A DNA stretch of 64,000 nt from Candidatus Binatia bacterium. Lineage in GTDB: Bacteria > Desulfobacterota > Binatia > UBA9968. The DNA lies in the NCBI GenBank assembly GCA_050735975.1, contig JBOHVS010000376.1, positions 2,986 to 66,985 on the forward strand, written 5' to 3'. Position 1 is the first letter of the stretch, and each line of letters starts with the position of its first letter. This document shows positions 45,967-56,263 of the stretch, piece by piece. The notes beneath the pieces were generated by a model. The model made no database searches, was not told the origin of the DNA, and saw only the letters and a program-made list of their open reading frames with translations. A program made the position numbers and the translations under genes.

Positions 45967-46503
45967 GTGATTAACCCACCTGAAAGCATCGAAACGCGAA
46001 GGTTGCGGCTGCGGAAACCGGTGCTAGAGGACGCCGAAGTCATTTTTCGGCAGTATGCCCAGGATCATGAGGTGACGAAGTATCTCACCTGGTATCCAAA
46101 TCGATCGGTAGAGCAGACTCGAGAATTTGTTCGTTTGTGCATCGCCGCTTGGGAGGCGGAGAAATCTTTCCAGTGGGCGATCGTTCAAAAGAAACGGCAT
46201 CAGCTTATCGGGATGATTGGCTTCAGAGTCGACGGGCACAAATGGGAATTGGGTTACGTGTTAACTCGGGCGTATTGGGGTAGAGGATACATGACCGAGG
46301 CCGTCAAAGCTCTCGTAGACTGGGCGTTAAAGCAGTCGGAGGTTTATCGTATCTGGGCGGTTTGCGACGTGGAGAACCCCGCTTCGGCTCGCGTGATGGA
46401 TAAGGCAGGTATGACGAGAGAAGGTATTCTGCGTCGCTGGTCCATGCACCCGAACATTAGTGACGAACCGAGAGACTCTTACTGCTATTCCATAACGAAG
46501 TAG
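45967..46503 (+). CDS. GNAT family N-acetyltransferase (RimJ/RimL-like)
   Basis: TRRLRLRKPVLEDAEVIF, IGMIGF, RAYWGRGYMTEAVKALVDWA, NPASARVMDKAGMTREG. Confidence 0.85.
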   Translation: MINPPESIETRRLRLRKPVLEDAEVIFRQYAQDHEVTKYLTWYPNRSVEQTREFVRLCIAAWEAEKSFQWAIVQKKRHQLIGMIGFRVDGHKWELGYVLTRAYWGRGYMTEAVKALVDWALKQSEVYRIWAVCDVENPASARVMDKAGMTREGILRRWSMHPNISDEPRDSYCYSITK

Positions 46504-46555
46504 CCGTGATCTGCGGCGGGGCGCGCTGAGCGATGCTGCTTCAGGGGAATCTCGA

Positions 46556-47560
46556 CTAGACTTTCGTCTTCTCCCCTATGCGCGAAAAAACCTTTTTGGC
46601 GTTGCCTTCGGTGATCTTCCGCTTGTCCTCGTCGCTGAGCCAGTCGATAGACTGGAATAGTGGTACGATGTCTTCGAAGTTCCGCCCGGTCTTAGGATCG
46701 ATCGCGTTGACCGCGCCGAACATCTCCGTGGCGAACAAGACATTGTCGACGCCGAGCCGTCTGATCAACAGTTCCATCGATTGTTTATCGTAGATCGCCA
46801 TATCCCAGTAAACTCTCCGGGCCGCCTCTTCAAACGGCTCGTAGCCCTCCTTGACGTGCATGCCGCGGTGGCGGTTCCACTGGTAGGGGATTGCTCCGCC
46901 GCCGTGCGGGATGATGATCTTTAACTTGGGAAAATCTTTAAAAACTCGGGACTTCAGCAGTTCCACAGCGCCAGAATGATGCTGCGCGATGTAATAGGAG
47001 TTGGTCAAATGCATTGCCGGATGAAGCGAGGCGCTGGCATGGATCGTGCCTGGCACGTCCAACTCCACCATCTTATCCCACAGTGGATACCACCATTCGC
47101 TTCCCAGCGAGGGGCTCAGTGGCTCGCGACCGCCGGCTACGTCGGGATTTACGTTACAGCCGACGAATCCGAGTTCTCTTACGCAGCGCTCAAGCTCGTC
47201 GACCCACTCCTTGGGGTTGACGCCTGGCGATTGCGGCAATTGACAGACCGGCGAAATCTTGTCCGGCCAGAGCCTGGCAACGCGCGCGATCAAATCGTTG
47301 CACGCTTCGCTCCAGTAACGACTAACAAGCGGGGAGCCGAAATGATGCCCCATCGCCGAGGCTTGCGGCGAAAAGAGCAATCTATCGATTCCCGATTCTT
47401 TCATGCGCTTGAACTGTCCCTGCATGGACTGTGCAAGCTGCTCGTCGCTGATCTGCAGTTTTGCCCGGACGGGCTTGGCAAGATCGGTGATCTGCCGGCC
47501 CCGGTACGCCGGCAGTTCCAAAGGGGCGGTCGTGTAGTGGGTATGAGCATCAATAATCAT
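46556..47560 (-). CDS. Amidohydrolase_2 family protein (COG2159)
   Basis: MIIDAHTHY, IIPHGGGAIPYQ, C-terminal EDKRKITEGNAKKVF. Confidence 0.85.
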   Translation of the reverse strand: MIIDAHTHYTTAPLELPAYRGRQITDLAKPVRAKLQISDEQLAQSMQGQFKRMKESGIDRLLFSPQASAMGHHFGSPLVSRYWSEACNDLIARVARLWPDKISPVCQLPQSPGVNPKEWVDELERCVRELGFVGCNVNPDVAGGREPLSPSLGSEWWYPLWDKMVELDVPGTIHASASLHPAMHLTNSYYIAQHHSGAVELLKSRVFKDFPKLKIIIPHGGGAIPYQWNRHRGMHVKEGYEPFEEAARRVYWDMAIYDKQSMELLIRRLGVDNVLFATEMFGAVNAIDPKTGRNFEDIVPLFQSIDWLSDEDKRKITEGNAKKVFSRIGEKTKV

Positions 47561-47610
47561 CCTAGATCCTCCTGTCTCTGTTGGCGCGCACTGCTAGACT
47601 GCATTATTCA

Positions 47611-47739
47611 TGGATTGCAAAATGCAAAGTGTAAATTGCAAATTGAAAAATATCCGGACAGGGAACTGTCCCTCGTTTTCGACCTGTTAAGGTGTTATTC
47701 ATTTTGACTTTTGCACTTTACAATTTGAAATTTGCAATG
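47611..47739. repeat. Family R4 palindromic copy
   Basis: TGGATTGCAAAATGCAAAGTGTAAATTGCAAATTGAAAAATATCCGGACA ... TTTTGCACTTTACAATTTGAAATTTGCAAT. Confidence 0.85.
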
Positions 47740-47879
47740 AAAGAGAACACGACAGTTCGTTGATAGTGTTCCCCGGCCCCGTGAATAATCCGGGTTAGCC
47801 CGTTCGATTGTCACCCCATACTCTTGTCTGCTATAGGTGACCTGATTTTAAATCCCAAGCCCGAACGGAGCGCCTCGTC

Positions 47880-48743
47880 ATGCCAGACATACCGCGCCTC
47901 AATGGCGTAATCAAAGCTTTGGAGCAAGGCAAAATCGCTTTCGCCGCATTTACTCCCGTCGACATTGAGAGCGCCACGGCTATGGCAAGCTCTCCGCTTG
48001 ACGGCGTCGCTTTCGAAATGGAGCATGGTCCGTTGGATTTTCCCGGATTAAGAAACGCTCTCCAGTATATGCTTGACAGACGTCAAATTGTCGAGGCCGG
48101 AACCCTTGCCCCCAAAGTAACTCCAATGGTGCGGATTCCCCCAAACGGGGTCGAGATGAACCAATGGATTGCCAAGCAGGTGCTGGACATCGGCGTGTTC
48201 GGCATTATTTTCCCCCATATCAGCACCGTGGAGGAAGCTTGGAACGCCGTCTGTGCGTGCCGCTATCCTCGCCTCAAAGAGGCTCCGCTCTACGACCCGC
48301 CTGGTATTCGCGGCGATGCGCCGACCCGCGCGGCGCGCTACTGGGGACTTACCCAGCAAGAGTATTACAGGCGGGCCGACGTCTGGCCGCTCGCACCCCA
48401 CGGGGAAATCCTTGCCGTCATTCAATGCGAGGACACGCGCGCGATCGGCAACCTGCCGAAGATTCTTAAAGAGGTGCCCGCAATCGGCGTGGTTATCATC
48501 GGCGAAGGCGACCTGAGTCAAGAGCTTGGCCATCCGAGGGACTACGACCACCCGGTGGTTGCCGATGCCATCAATTCTATTCTGAAAATATGCAAAGAGC
48601 ACAACGTACCATGCGGTCATCCTCATCCGGACGGCAAGAACATCGAGCGTCTGATTGCGAGCGGCTACCGGTTTCTGATGCCTCCGGCGCCCCGTTCTTT
48701 CGCGCTTCTTGAACAGGGTCGTAGGTTGTCGGGGAGGAGCTAA
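47880..48743 (+). CDS. HpcH/HpaI family aldolase
   Basis: DGVAFEMEHGP, MVRIPPNG, ILAVIQCED, VVIIGEGDLSQELG, matching the HpcH_HpaI layout. Confidence 0.85.
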   Translation: MPDIPRLNGVIKALEQGKIAFAAFTPVDIESATAMASSPLDGVAFEMEHGPLDFPGLRNALQYMLDRRQIVEAGTLAPKVTPMVRIPPNGVEMNQWIAKQVLDIGVFGIIFPHISTVEEAWNAVCACRYPRLKEAPLYDPPGIRGDAPTRAARYWGLTQQEYYRRADVWPLAPHGEILAVIQCEDTRAIGNLPKILKEVPAIGVVIIGEGDLSQELGHPRDYDHPVVADAINSILKICKEHNVPCGHPHPDGKNIERLIASGYRFLMPPAPRSFALLEQGRRLSGRS

Positions 48744-48760
48744 CTCTAGCAGGGTACGAA

Positions 48761-48890
48761 CGAGCAAAGAGCAAAGGAGCATGGGGCAGGGAGTTGGGCC
48801 GGAGGTCAGACATCGGAGATCAGAGATCAGCGGGGAACAAAGAGCATGGAAAAGGAGCCTGTTCAGCTCTAATTTCTGATTTCTGTTCTC
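48761..48890. repeat. Family R3 copy
   Basis: GAGCAAAGAGCAAAGGAGCATGGGGCAGGGAGTTGGGCCGGAGGTCAGACATCGGAGATCAGAGATCAG ... TTTCTGATTTCTG. Confidence 0.8.
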
Positions 48891-48912
48891 ATCGCCCTTA
48901 GCGATAGATTCG

Positions 48913-48975
48913 CGCCTGCCTGTGCCGGCACGGCAGACAGGCGTCTCGTCTCTGAGATCTTTTTGAGCAACTTGC
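48913..48975. repeat. Composite R2 + R1 (inverted orientation)
   Basis: GCCTGCCTGTGCCGGCACGGCAGACAGGC, then CTCTGAGATCTTTTTGAGCAACTTGC. The reverse complement shares the 20-mer TGCTCAAAAAGATCTCAGAG with 58-77. Confidence 0.8.
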
Positions 48976-48978
48976 TAA

Positions 48979-50931
48979 TTAAGAGTTGCCGCTCTTGGTG
49001 GCCGCAAGATGCACGGCAGGCGTAGCACCCTTGTTCCATTCATGTAGGAAGGCGAAGCTGCCAAGCGCCAAGCCGAGTCCATCAACAATCAGCCAGGGTC
49101 CTTCCCAAGTGGGGAGCATCAGGAGAAGGCCCGCCGCGCAAAAAAGCCCACGTTTCGTCCACCCCATCTCGCGAAAGAGATAACCGGCGCAGCCAATGGC
49201 GAGTAGGAACGTCCCAAGCGCGCAAGCGCTAATGGCAAGCAGAATTTCTCCGAGACCGCCCTTGAGGATCAGGGCAGGGTGGAGCGCAAAGACAAACGGG
49301 ACGACGTAAGCAGCGATGCCGAGTCTCATTCCCGTCCACCCGGTCTTCCAAAAGTCGGATTGGGCTATGGCGGCCGCCGTATAAGTGGCGAGACAGTCCG
49401 GCGGCGTGATCAGGGAAAGCATCCCAAAATAGAACAGGAACAGATGGGCGGCGAGTGGGTCCACCCCGAGCTGTGCCAGCGCGGGTCCGACGAGGACGGC
49501 GAGGGTGATATACACGACGGCGGTGGGCATTGACATGCCGAGGAGGATGCAAACGATCGCGGTGAGAGTAAGGAGGAGAAAAACATTGCCTCCTGAGAGA
49601 GTCGTCAAGATCAGAGAGAGTTTAAATGTGAGACCGGAAAGCTGCAGGGCGCCAATCACGAGTCCGGCCAAAGCGGTAATCGCGATAATGTTCAAAAGCG
49701 TCCGCCCCGCCTCTTGAATACAGGTAAAAATCCCTTTGAGCGTCGGTCGAGTCTCTTTCTGAAAGGCGCCGACAACGAAGGTAAGGACCACGGTTGCCAT
49801 TCCCGCTTTTCCCGCCTGCCAGTTTTGAAACATGAGCGTGTAAACCAGGAAGACGAGCGGGAGCAGAAACACCCATCCAAACCGCATCACGCGGCGCAGC
49901 TTTGGAATCTGTGCCTCGGGCAGCCCGCCGAGGCCATGCTTGGCTGCTTCCAAATCGACCTGAGTGAAAAGGGCAAGATAGTAGAGCCCGGCCGGAACGG
50001 CCGCGGCGAGAGCCACCTGGCCGTACGGAATGTTCAGAAACTCGGCGATCAGAAAAGCGGCCGCTCCCATGACCGGCGGCGTGATCTGACCCCCATTCGA
50101 GGCGACGGCCTCGATCGCCGCGGCCACATGTGAAGGATAGCCGGCGCGCTTCATCATCGGGATCGTGATGGCGCCGTCGATAGCCACGTTGGCCACCGCG
50201 CTCCCTGAGACCGTTCCAAAAAGACTGGAGGAGACCACGGAGACTTTGGCCGGCCCGCCTCGATACCGTCCCATGGCGACCAGGGCCACGTCCGTTATGA
50301 ACTTGTCGCCGCCCACGGCATAGAGAGCCTGGCCAAAAAAGATGAACGCCACGATGACGCTGGCCGCGACGCTCAGGGGAATGCCGAGGATGCCGCTGGA
50401 GTCGAGATACAAATAGCTGGCGATGCGCTCCCACGAAGATCCCTTCGCATACAGCAGACCTGGAAAGATATAGGCGAACTTCGCGTACAGAATGCACGCG
50501 AGCGCAACCCAGACAAGCGCCCACCCTGCAATTCGGCGGGTGGCTTCCAGGATGAGAAACACAGCGAGCCCGCCCAGGAGCCATCGCTCGGGGACGAGGA
50601 GGCCGAGTTGGTATGCGATCGACGGATACATGACCACGATGTACCCGCCGGTGAGGAGACTGCCGGCGGCGAAGAGCCAGTCGTGCCACGGCACCCGATT
50701 GTCGGGCTCACCTGTCCGGCACTTGACGCGGAAAAACAGGCTCGCCATTCCTAGAGCGAAGAAGAGCCCCAGGAATTGTTCTTTGAAGAAGATGAGGTTA
50801 AAAAAAATGTGAACTTCGCCGGCCCAAGCGGCGCTGACGATCGTGAGCGAGCAGAGGAAAAACCGCTCGAGCACCCTCAACGGGCCGGTCAGCGAGCGGA
50901 ACTTCGTCGCTCCTGTAAAGTCGTCGCTCAT
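48979..50931 (-). CDS. TRAP transporter fused permease (TAXI-type, DctQ-DctM-like fusion)
   Basis: 650 aa polytopic membrane protein immediately downstream of a TAXI solute receptor gene on the same strand. Confidence 0.85.
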   Translation of the reverse strand: MSDDFTGATKFRSLTGPLRVLERFFLCSLTIVSAAWAGEVHIFFNLIFFKEQFLGLFFALGMASLFFRVKCRTGEPDNRVPWHDWLFAAGSLLTGGYIVVMYPSIAYQLGLLVPERWLLGGLAVFLILEATRRIAGWALVWVALACILYAKFAYIFPGLLYAKGSSWERIASYLYLDSSGILGIPLSVAASVIVAFIFFGQALYAVGGDKFITDVALVAMGRYRGGPAKVSVVSSSLFGTVSGSAVANVAIDGAITIPMMKRAGYPSHVAAAIEAVASNGGQITPPVMGAAAFLIAEFLNIPYGQVALAAAVPAGLYYLALFTQVDLEAAKHGLGGLPEAQIPKLRRVMRFGWVFLLPLVFLVYTLMFQNWQAGKAGMATVVLTFVVGAFQKETRPTLKGIFTCIQEAGRTLLNIIAITALAGLVIGALQLSGLTFKLSLILTTLSGGNVFLLLTLTAIVCILLGMSMPTAVVYITLAVLVGPALAQLGVDPLAAHLFLFYFGMLSLITPPDCLATYTAAAIAQSDFWKTGWTGMRLGIAAYVVPFVFALHPALILKGGLGEILLAISACALGTFLLAIGCAGYLFREMGWTKRGLFCAAGLLLMLPTWEGPWLIVDGLGLALGSFAFLHEWNKGATPAVHLAATKSGNS

Positions 50932-51000
50932 GGCCTGAACATCCGATCGCTGTTAGAAACGACTGCAACTTTGCGCGGAATCAGAAAGAGCAGGCCTCCG

Positions 51001-52038
51001 TCACTTTTGACCCAAGAGCTTTTCCTGGGCCCGATCCATCTCCGACTTCCAGGCTCCTTTCTCTTTGTAGAACTTAACGGCAGCCGGATGATAAGGAATC
51101 GTGATGTCGGCCGAGACTGCGCGCTTGCCCGTCCACTCGCGAAAGACCGGGTGTAGCGGCGGCAGTTGGCCCAGGTTGTCCCAGAGCGCCCTGAGGACTG
51201 CGGTGACCACTTGGTCGGACGCGGCCTTGTGCGTGGCGAAATAGATATCGTAGGTTTCAAAGCACGTTTCCTCGACGACGCCAGTCGAAGCTCCCGCTTT
51301 TATTTTGGTGGGGTAGTAACCGGGCACGGCGGACCGGAGACGTTTCTCGCCCTCCGGGGAGCAGTCGATTGAAACATAGCGGACGCCGACGGCCGCATCC
51401 GCCTCTTTCATTTTGGCCGAACCCAGCGCGTGGGTGCTGACATCCGCCCGCCCCTGGATGAGCGCGTCCATTCCATCGTTGACCGCCGGCACCGGCACAA
51501 CCGTCACGTCGTTCCACGTCATCCCCGCGCTGGACAGGATGCCGAACATGTTGTACCAGACCGCGAGGTGCGCGGGATATTCACCCGTGACGCGCTTTCC
51601 CTTGACGTCTCGCATCGACTTGATGCCGGAGTCCTTTCTGACGACCGCGGCAGCCCTCAACGGAGCGCCGCGCATGACAAGCCGAGTGTTGGGCGAGTGC
51701 TGGAACGGATTGCGGCCACCGACCTGGAGCTTCGGCCCCGCATAAGCCATCCCCATATCGACGCCGTTTACTATGCCGAAGTCAAGCTCGCCGTTATTGA
51801 CGAGGGGGAGGAAAGTGCTGGTCCCCGAGTAAGGTTGAACCGTCGCCTGAACGGGCGAGTTTCCACTGACTACCTTGGCGAGCCCGCTGGCAAGCGCATA
51901 GAAGAGCGTGCCGGGGGTGTTCGTCCCGATGGTAACCGAGCGCGGCAGATTTTGGGCCTCGGCGGGAGCGAGGTAAAGAAGGGCGAAGACTAAATAAGTA
52001 ACAAACAAAATCGTCTGTCCACTCTGGCCTGTGTGCAT
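51001..52038 (-). CDS. TAXI-family TRAP transporter solute receptor
   Basis: Signal peptide ...LLYLAPAEAQ. VTIGTNTPGTLFYALASGLAKVV and YKEKGAWK are typical of the TAXI (TIGR02122-like) family. Confidence 0.85.
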   Translation of the reverse strand: MHTGQSGQTILFVTYLVFALLYLAPAEAQNLPRSVTIGTNTPGTLFYALASGLAKVVSGNSPVQATVQPYSGTSTFLPLVNNGELDFGIVNGVDMGMAYAGPKLQVGGRNPFQHSPNTRLVMRGAPLRAAAVVRKDSGIKSMRDVKGKRVTGEYPAHLAVWYNMFGILSSAGMTWNDVTVVPVPAVNDGMDALIQGRADVSTHALGSAKMKEADAAVGVRYVSIDCSPEGEKRLRSAVPGYYPTKIKAGASTGVVEETCFETYDIYFATHKAASDQVVTAVLRALWDNLGQLPPLHPVFREWTGKRAVSADITIPYHPAAVKFYKEKGAWKSEMDRAQEKLLGQK

Positions 52039-52100
52039 ATGAATTCCCTCCTAATGAAGCAAGAATGTCACTTGAACCGCTTGGCGATGATGATCCCTCT

Positions 52101-53255
52101 TCACCTTCCCCAAAGCTGCTTGGTGGCGATGCGCGCGCCTTCGGCCATGGCTTCGAATTTCGCCCAGGCGATCTGCGGATCGCCTACCCGAGGCCCCAAG
52201 CCGCAATCTGTGCCGGCCATGACATTTTCGCGGCCCACGATTTTGGCATAGCGGACGAGGCGGTCGGCTATTGCCTGGGGGTGCTCTACGATATCAGTGG
52301 CATGGCCGACAACGCCTGGTACGAGCACCTTGTCTTCTGGGAATTTGACCTCTTCCCACACGCGCCATTCATGCTCATGACGCGGGTTGGCGGCTTCGAT
52401 CGAGTAGGTATTGGCGCGCACCTTCAAGATCAGATCCACAATATCACGCAAGGGAATGTCGTACTTATGCGGCCCGTGGTAGCTCCCCCAGCAGGTATGA
52501 AAGCGTATTTTATCCGGCGCGATGTCTCGGAGACCGTGGTTGAGCGCATCCACCCGCAGCGCGGCGTATTTTCGATACTCCGGAACCGTCATGTGCGACA
52601 TGAACTGCCAGCCGTCCGGCAGATCGGGATCATCGATCTGGAGCAGGAAGCCGGCGTCCACGATAGCTTTGTATTCTTCGTGCATGGCGTCGGCAATCGC
52701 GAACAGGTAGGTTTCGTCGCTTGGGTAATAGTCGTTCTTCATCCAGTGCTCGATGGTGCCGGGGGCGATGGCGGGGAGAAACGCTTCTTCAAATCGCCGT
52801 CCTTGAAGCCCGCTTTTGAAGTCGTCGATCTCTTGCTGCAACGCTTTCTGGCCGGCGTACTTCAGCGGAGCGTTGCAAAAAACTCTCCTGACGTTTTTGC
52901 CTCGGATGGCGCCGAATCTCTTGCGAAAGTAGTCGCCGAATTCCACCATGTCGCGCGCGAATATCATCGACGCCCTTTCTTCGGGCCCGGCTTCCCGTTC
53001 GATGAAGCCGCTGAGACGCTCGCGGGCATAGCGTGAAAAGTTGGATTTGCCGACCTCGCCGTCGTTGATGATATCGAGCCCGCAATCAAGCTGCTTTTTT
53101 ACAACTTCCGCCACCAGGCTACGCACTCGCCGCGCGAGCGCTTGCTGATCGACCGATTGGCCCGCAATCTGAGCGGCGTGCATCTGTTTAAGATCCTCCG
53201 GTTGCGGCAAAGCTCCGGCATGGGTGGTTAGGGTCCTGTCGGCACTGTATTTCAT
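52101..53255 (-). CDS. Cobalamin-independent methionine synthase (MetE C-terminal)-like Zn enzyme
   Basis: TIM-barrel MetE_C-like pattern with Zn-ligand motifs IRFHTCWG (HxC) and AGTDCGLG (C). Confidence 0.8.
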   Translation of the reverse strand: MKYSADRTLTTHAGALPQPEDLKQMHAAQIAGQSVDQQALARRVRSLVAEVVKKQLDCGLDIINDGEVGKSNFSRYARERLSGFIEREAGPEERASMIFARDMVEFGDYFRKRFGAIRGKNVRRVFCNAPLKYAGQKALQQEIDDFKSGLQGRRFEEAFLPAIAPGTIEHWMKNDYYPSDETYLFAIADAMHEEYKAIVDAGFLLQIDDPDLPDGWQFMSHMTVPEYRKYAALRVDALNHGLRDIAPDKIRFHTCWGSYHGPHKYDIPLRDIVDLILKVRANTYSIEAANPRHEHEWRVWEEVKFPEDKVLVPGVVGHATDIVEHPQAIADRLVRYAKIVGRENVMAGTDCGLGPRVGDPQIAWAKFEAMAEGARIATKQLWGR

Positions 53256-53422
53256 TGATCCTCCGGTTTGTCACAGTTTCGCGTTGAACCCTAAACCCGA
53301 GACCCTAAACTATAAACTGTCTTTTTCGCAGGGATTCGCTCACGTTTTGGGCGAGAGCAAAATCGAAAGCATGTTCACCGCTAAAGCTCAACGGGCGCGT
53401 AATCGTTTGTTGATAATCCACC

Positions 53423-54091
53423 TCAAGCATACGCGTCGTAAATCCCATCGAATTTGGCCAGCTTGAAGCGAACCATGTTGCGGGCGGCCGCTCGAACCAA
53501 CTCGTGATCACGAGGAGTGTTTGCATTGCGCGCGATGGTCTCGGCGGCTAAGGCAGTGTGCTCTTTATCGACTTTGCCGTGCACGATGAAAAACGTTCTG
53601 GCTCTATTATCAAGGCCATAGTGCTTTTCCAAGGAAGTGTCGAACTCCTCGGAATAGCGACAGACCATCGTTTCATTAACCAAGGCCCCGGCGCGGCTCT
53701 CCGCCTGCGTCCCGAGAAACATCCCCCGGATGATGGCTGCCGTGTGGGCGACGCACTCGTAGATCATGATCTCGTTTTCGAAGTTTTCATCCTTCAAACC
53801 CATGGCCGCTCCGAATCGCTTCATCAGATCGGGATGGGACTGCTCTTCCACAAACAACTCTGAGAACTGCTGGTAAACCGTTTGGTTGCTGGCATTCTTC
53901 ACCATGCAGAACGCCAACCCTTTGTTGATTGCGTGATTGCAGAGATAGTGCTGTATCGCGAAGCCTCGCAGCCGCTTTTCCGAAAGCTTGCCTTCCCGGA
54001 GCTCGGTGAAAAACCGGTTGCTTATCAGCTGCTCCACTCCCGGCTGGATAATCTCGCGCAGCAGCGAGCCGACAAAATTCTGGGGTTCCAT
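53423..54091 (-). CDS. Heme-oxygenase-like fold protein (TenA/PqqC / iron-containing redox enzyme family)
   Basis: All-helical, 222 aa. FFTELREGKLSEKRLRGFAIQHY opening is typical of the TenA/PqqC fold. Also carries EEQSH and DKEH pairs. Confidence 0.6.
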   Translation of the reverse strand: MEPQNFVGSLLREIIQPGVEQLISNRFFTELREGKLSEKRLRGFAIQHYLCNHAINKGLAFCMVKNASNQTVYQQFSELFVEEQSHPDLMKRFGAAMGLKDENFENEIMIYECVAHTAAIIRGMFLGTQAESRAGALVNETMVCRYSEEFDTSLEKHYGLDNRARTFFIVHGKVDKEHTALAAETIARNANTPRDHELVRAAARNMVRFKLAKFDGIYDAYA

Positions 54092-54711
54092 ACGCGCTTT
54101 TCCCTACAATCAAGGTGATAGACAGAGGAACAGTCTCAAAGCAAAGACCAACTGTCAAGTGACCTGACGCGTCTTGCTGCCGTCCAAACTGGACTGCCGG
54201 CACAGGTTGGCAGCCGTGGAGGCGGCAATTATCGGAACCGCCGGCATGGGCCTCGGAAAATGCTCTCAAAAATTCAAAGTTAAACTTTATATTTAGTTAT
54301 TGATTGCGCTGTTAAATGTTAAACTTCTGATCATCGCCAGCTGCCTACTGGGGCCGAAAAATCTTTTCGCCACCACCTTGACGCGAGCATCTGCCGGCCT
54401 TACCCTAGAATATAGGTAGCTAGGTCCGGCAAAGACGCAGCTGGGTATCGAACGTCTACATCACCTGTCTCATGGCCACCCTGTTATTTTGTCCGACAGC
54501 CAAGCTTGCTTGCCGATACTTTGGGAATCCGGAGATCGAGGAGGCCATGAACGAAAAACTGTTCTAAATCGTCTAACTAGACGACGGGGGACACTTACTA
54601 TGACGCGCGCATGGACCGGCCTTCGGGATCGGCCGGAGCGGGTGTGAATTCACATCATTGCCCGGAAGGCTGCATTTAACGAGGGGCTGTATAGACTTAA
54701 GGAGAAATAGA

Positions 54712-56241
54712 ATGCCACCAGATTTTGAACGTGAAGAAAGTGTAACTCCTGCTGACCAGATTGAGGATGAAGCCGTCGAAGGAAACGAGAAAGAGCTCGA
54801 ATTCGACGCGGAAACAGCTACAGAGGAAGATCTGGAAGGGGAGAGTGACGTTCGAGGCGAATCTACAGGAGGGAGCGATCCTATTACGATGTATCTGCGC
54901 GAGGTTGGCTCCGTTGCGCTCCTCAGTCGAGAGCGCGAGGGGGAACTGGCGCAAAAGATGGCGGCGGGTAAGAACGATATTTTCGAGGCGCTGTTCTCGA
55001 CTCCATGGGCTCTGCGGCACGTGTTTGACGCAGGCAGGGCCGTGCTTGAGGGCGAGCTAGCGCTTACTGATCTCGTCGAAATTGCAGAAGAAGACGAGAA
55101 GTCAGGCGATGACACGCTCGACACCAACCATCTTCGCAAGGTCTTTGCTAAGCTACGTCGTCTGAATCGGGCAAGGGAAGAGGTGGACCGCGGCTTAAGA
55201 CGGGTTAATCTTTCAGCGCCGAGGAGCGCGGCTCTCGGCCAGAAGCGCTCCAAGCTGAACCAGGAGATCTGCGGTACCATCCGGACTCTTAATCTCTCCG
55301 CATCGCGACAACAAGAGATGATCGCGGTCGTGAAGCGTCATGCCGACCGTGTGGTGGCTTTGCTCCAGCAGTTGGAGACTTTAGCTAAAGGCAGGCAAAA
55401 GATCGCCGTTCGCGCTGAAATCGAGGAGATAGAGAAATCAGTCGGGCTCTTGGCCGCGGACATCAAGGCGCTCAGAGAGCGGGTACGAGAAGCTGACGCT
55501 CGTGTAAGCATCGCGCGAAAAGAATTCACCGAAGCCAACCTGCGGCTGGTAGTTAGCGTTGCAAAGCGTTATTTGAATCGGGGGTTGGGTTTTTTGGACC
55601 TCATCCAGGAGGGCAATCTGGGGTTGATGCGGGCCGTCGAAAAGTTCGACTATCAACTCGGCTACCGCTTCTCCACGTATGCGACGTGGTGGATCCGGCA
55701 ATCTATCCAGCGCGGAATCATCGATACCGGCCGGACGATTCGTATTCCGGTCCATCGGGTCGAGCTTAGAAACAAGATCCGTCAGAAAGCTCGTGAGTTG
55801 GAGCGAAGACTCGGCCGCGAACCCAGTTCCGAAGAGCTGGCTAAAGATATGAATATGTCTGTTTCCGATCTCCTCAAGGTCGTTCAACTTCACGGCGAGC
55901 CGGTGTCACTCGAGACCCCCGTGTGGGAAGACGACGCGTCGCTCGGAGATTTTGTGGCGGACCGCCGCGGCCGCCAACCGCACGAAGACGCAGTGGAGGG
56001 GGACCTGCGCAGCGTGGTGCGAAAATCGCTAGCAGTTCTGACACCCCGGCAGGAGAAGGTCATCCGAATGAGGTTTGGCATCGATGAAACAAGGGACTAT
56101 ACGCTCGAGGAGCTGGGGGATATGTTCTCCGTTACCCGGGAACGCGTCCGTCAGATCGAACAGAAATCGTTACAGATTCTGCGTAACCCGAATCGTAGAA
56201 GACCCTTAAATCCGGGAACGACGGACGCCACGGCTGCATAA
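54712..56241 (+). CDS. rpoD: RNA polymerase sigma-70 factor, RpoD-like
   Basis: ATG at 54712 after AAGGAGAAA. Region 1.2 [11 protein letters not shown], region 2 [11 protein letters not shown]...[35 protein letters not shown], region 4.2 [23 protein letters not shown]. Confidence 0.9.
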   Translation: MPPDFEREESVTPADQIEDEAVEGNEKELEFDAETATEEDLEGESDVRGESTGGSDPITMYLREVGSVALLSREREGELAQKMAAGKNDIFEALFSTPWALRHVFDAGRAVLEGELALTDLVEIAEEDEKSGDDTLDTNHLRKVFAKLRRLNRAREEVDRGLRRVNLSAPRSAALGQKRSKLNQEICGTIRTLNLSASRQQEMIAVVKRHADRVVALLQQLETLAKGRQKIAVRAEIEEIEKSVGLLAADIKALRERVREADARVSIARKEFTEANLRLVVSVAKRYLNRGLGFLDLIQEGNLGLMRAVEKFDYQLGYRFSTYATWWIRQSIQRGIIDTGRTIRIPVHRVELRNKIRQKARELERRLGREPSSEELAKDMNMSVSDLLKVVQLHGEPVSLETPVWEDDASLGDFVADRRGRQPHEDAVEGDLRSVVRKSLAVLTPRQEKVIRMRFGIDETRDYTLEELGDMFSVTRERVRQIEQKSLQILRNPNRRRPLNPGTTDATAA

Positions 56242-56263
56242 CCGGACCTGCGGCGCCGCGGAG

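Noticed and set aside
54092-54260. TPP (THI-box) riboswitch upstream of the TenA/PqqC-like gene
   Set aside because: I read the minus-strand leader and found no CUGAGA / ACCUGAUCUGGAUAAUGCCAGCG-like core. The protein also looks more like an iron-containing HO-like enzyme than TenA.
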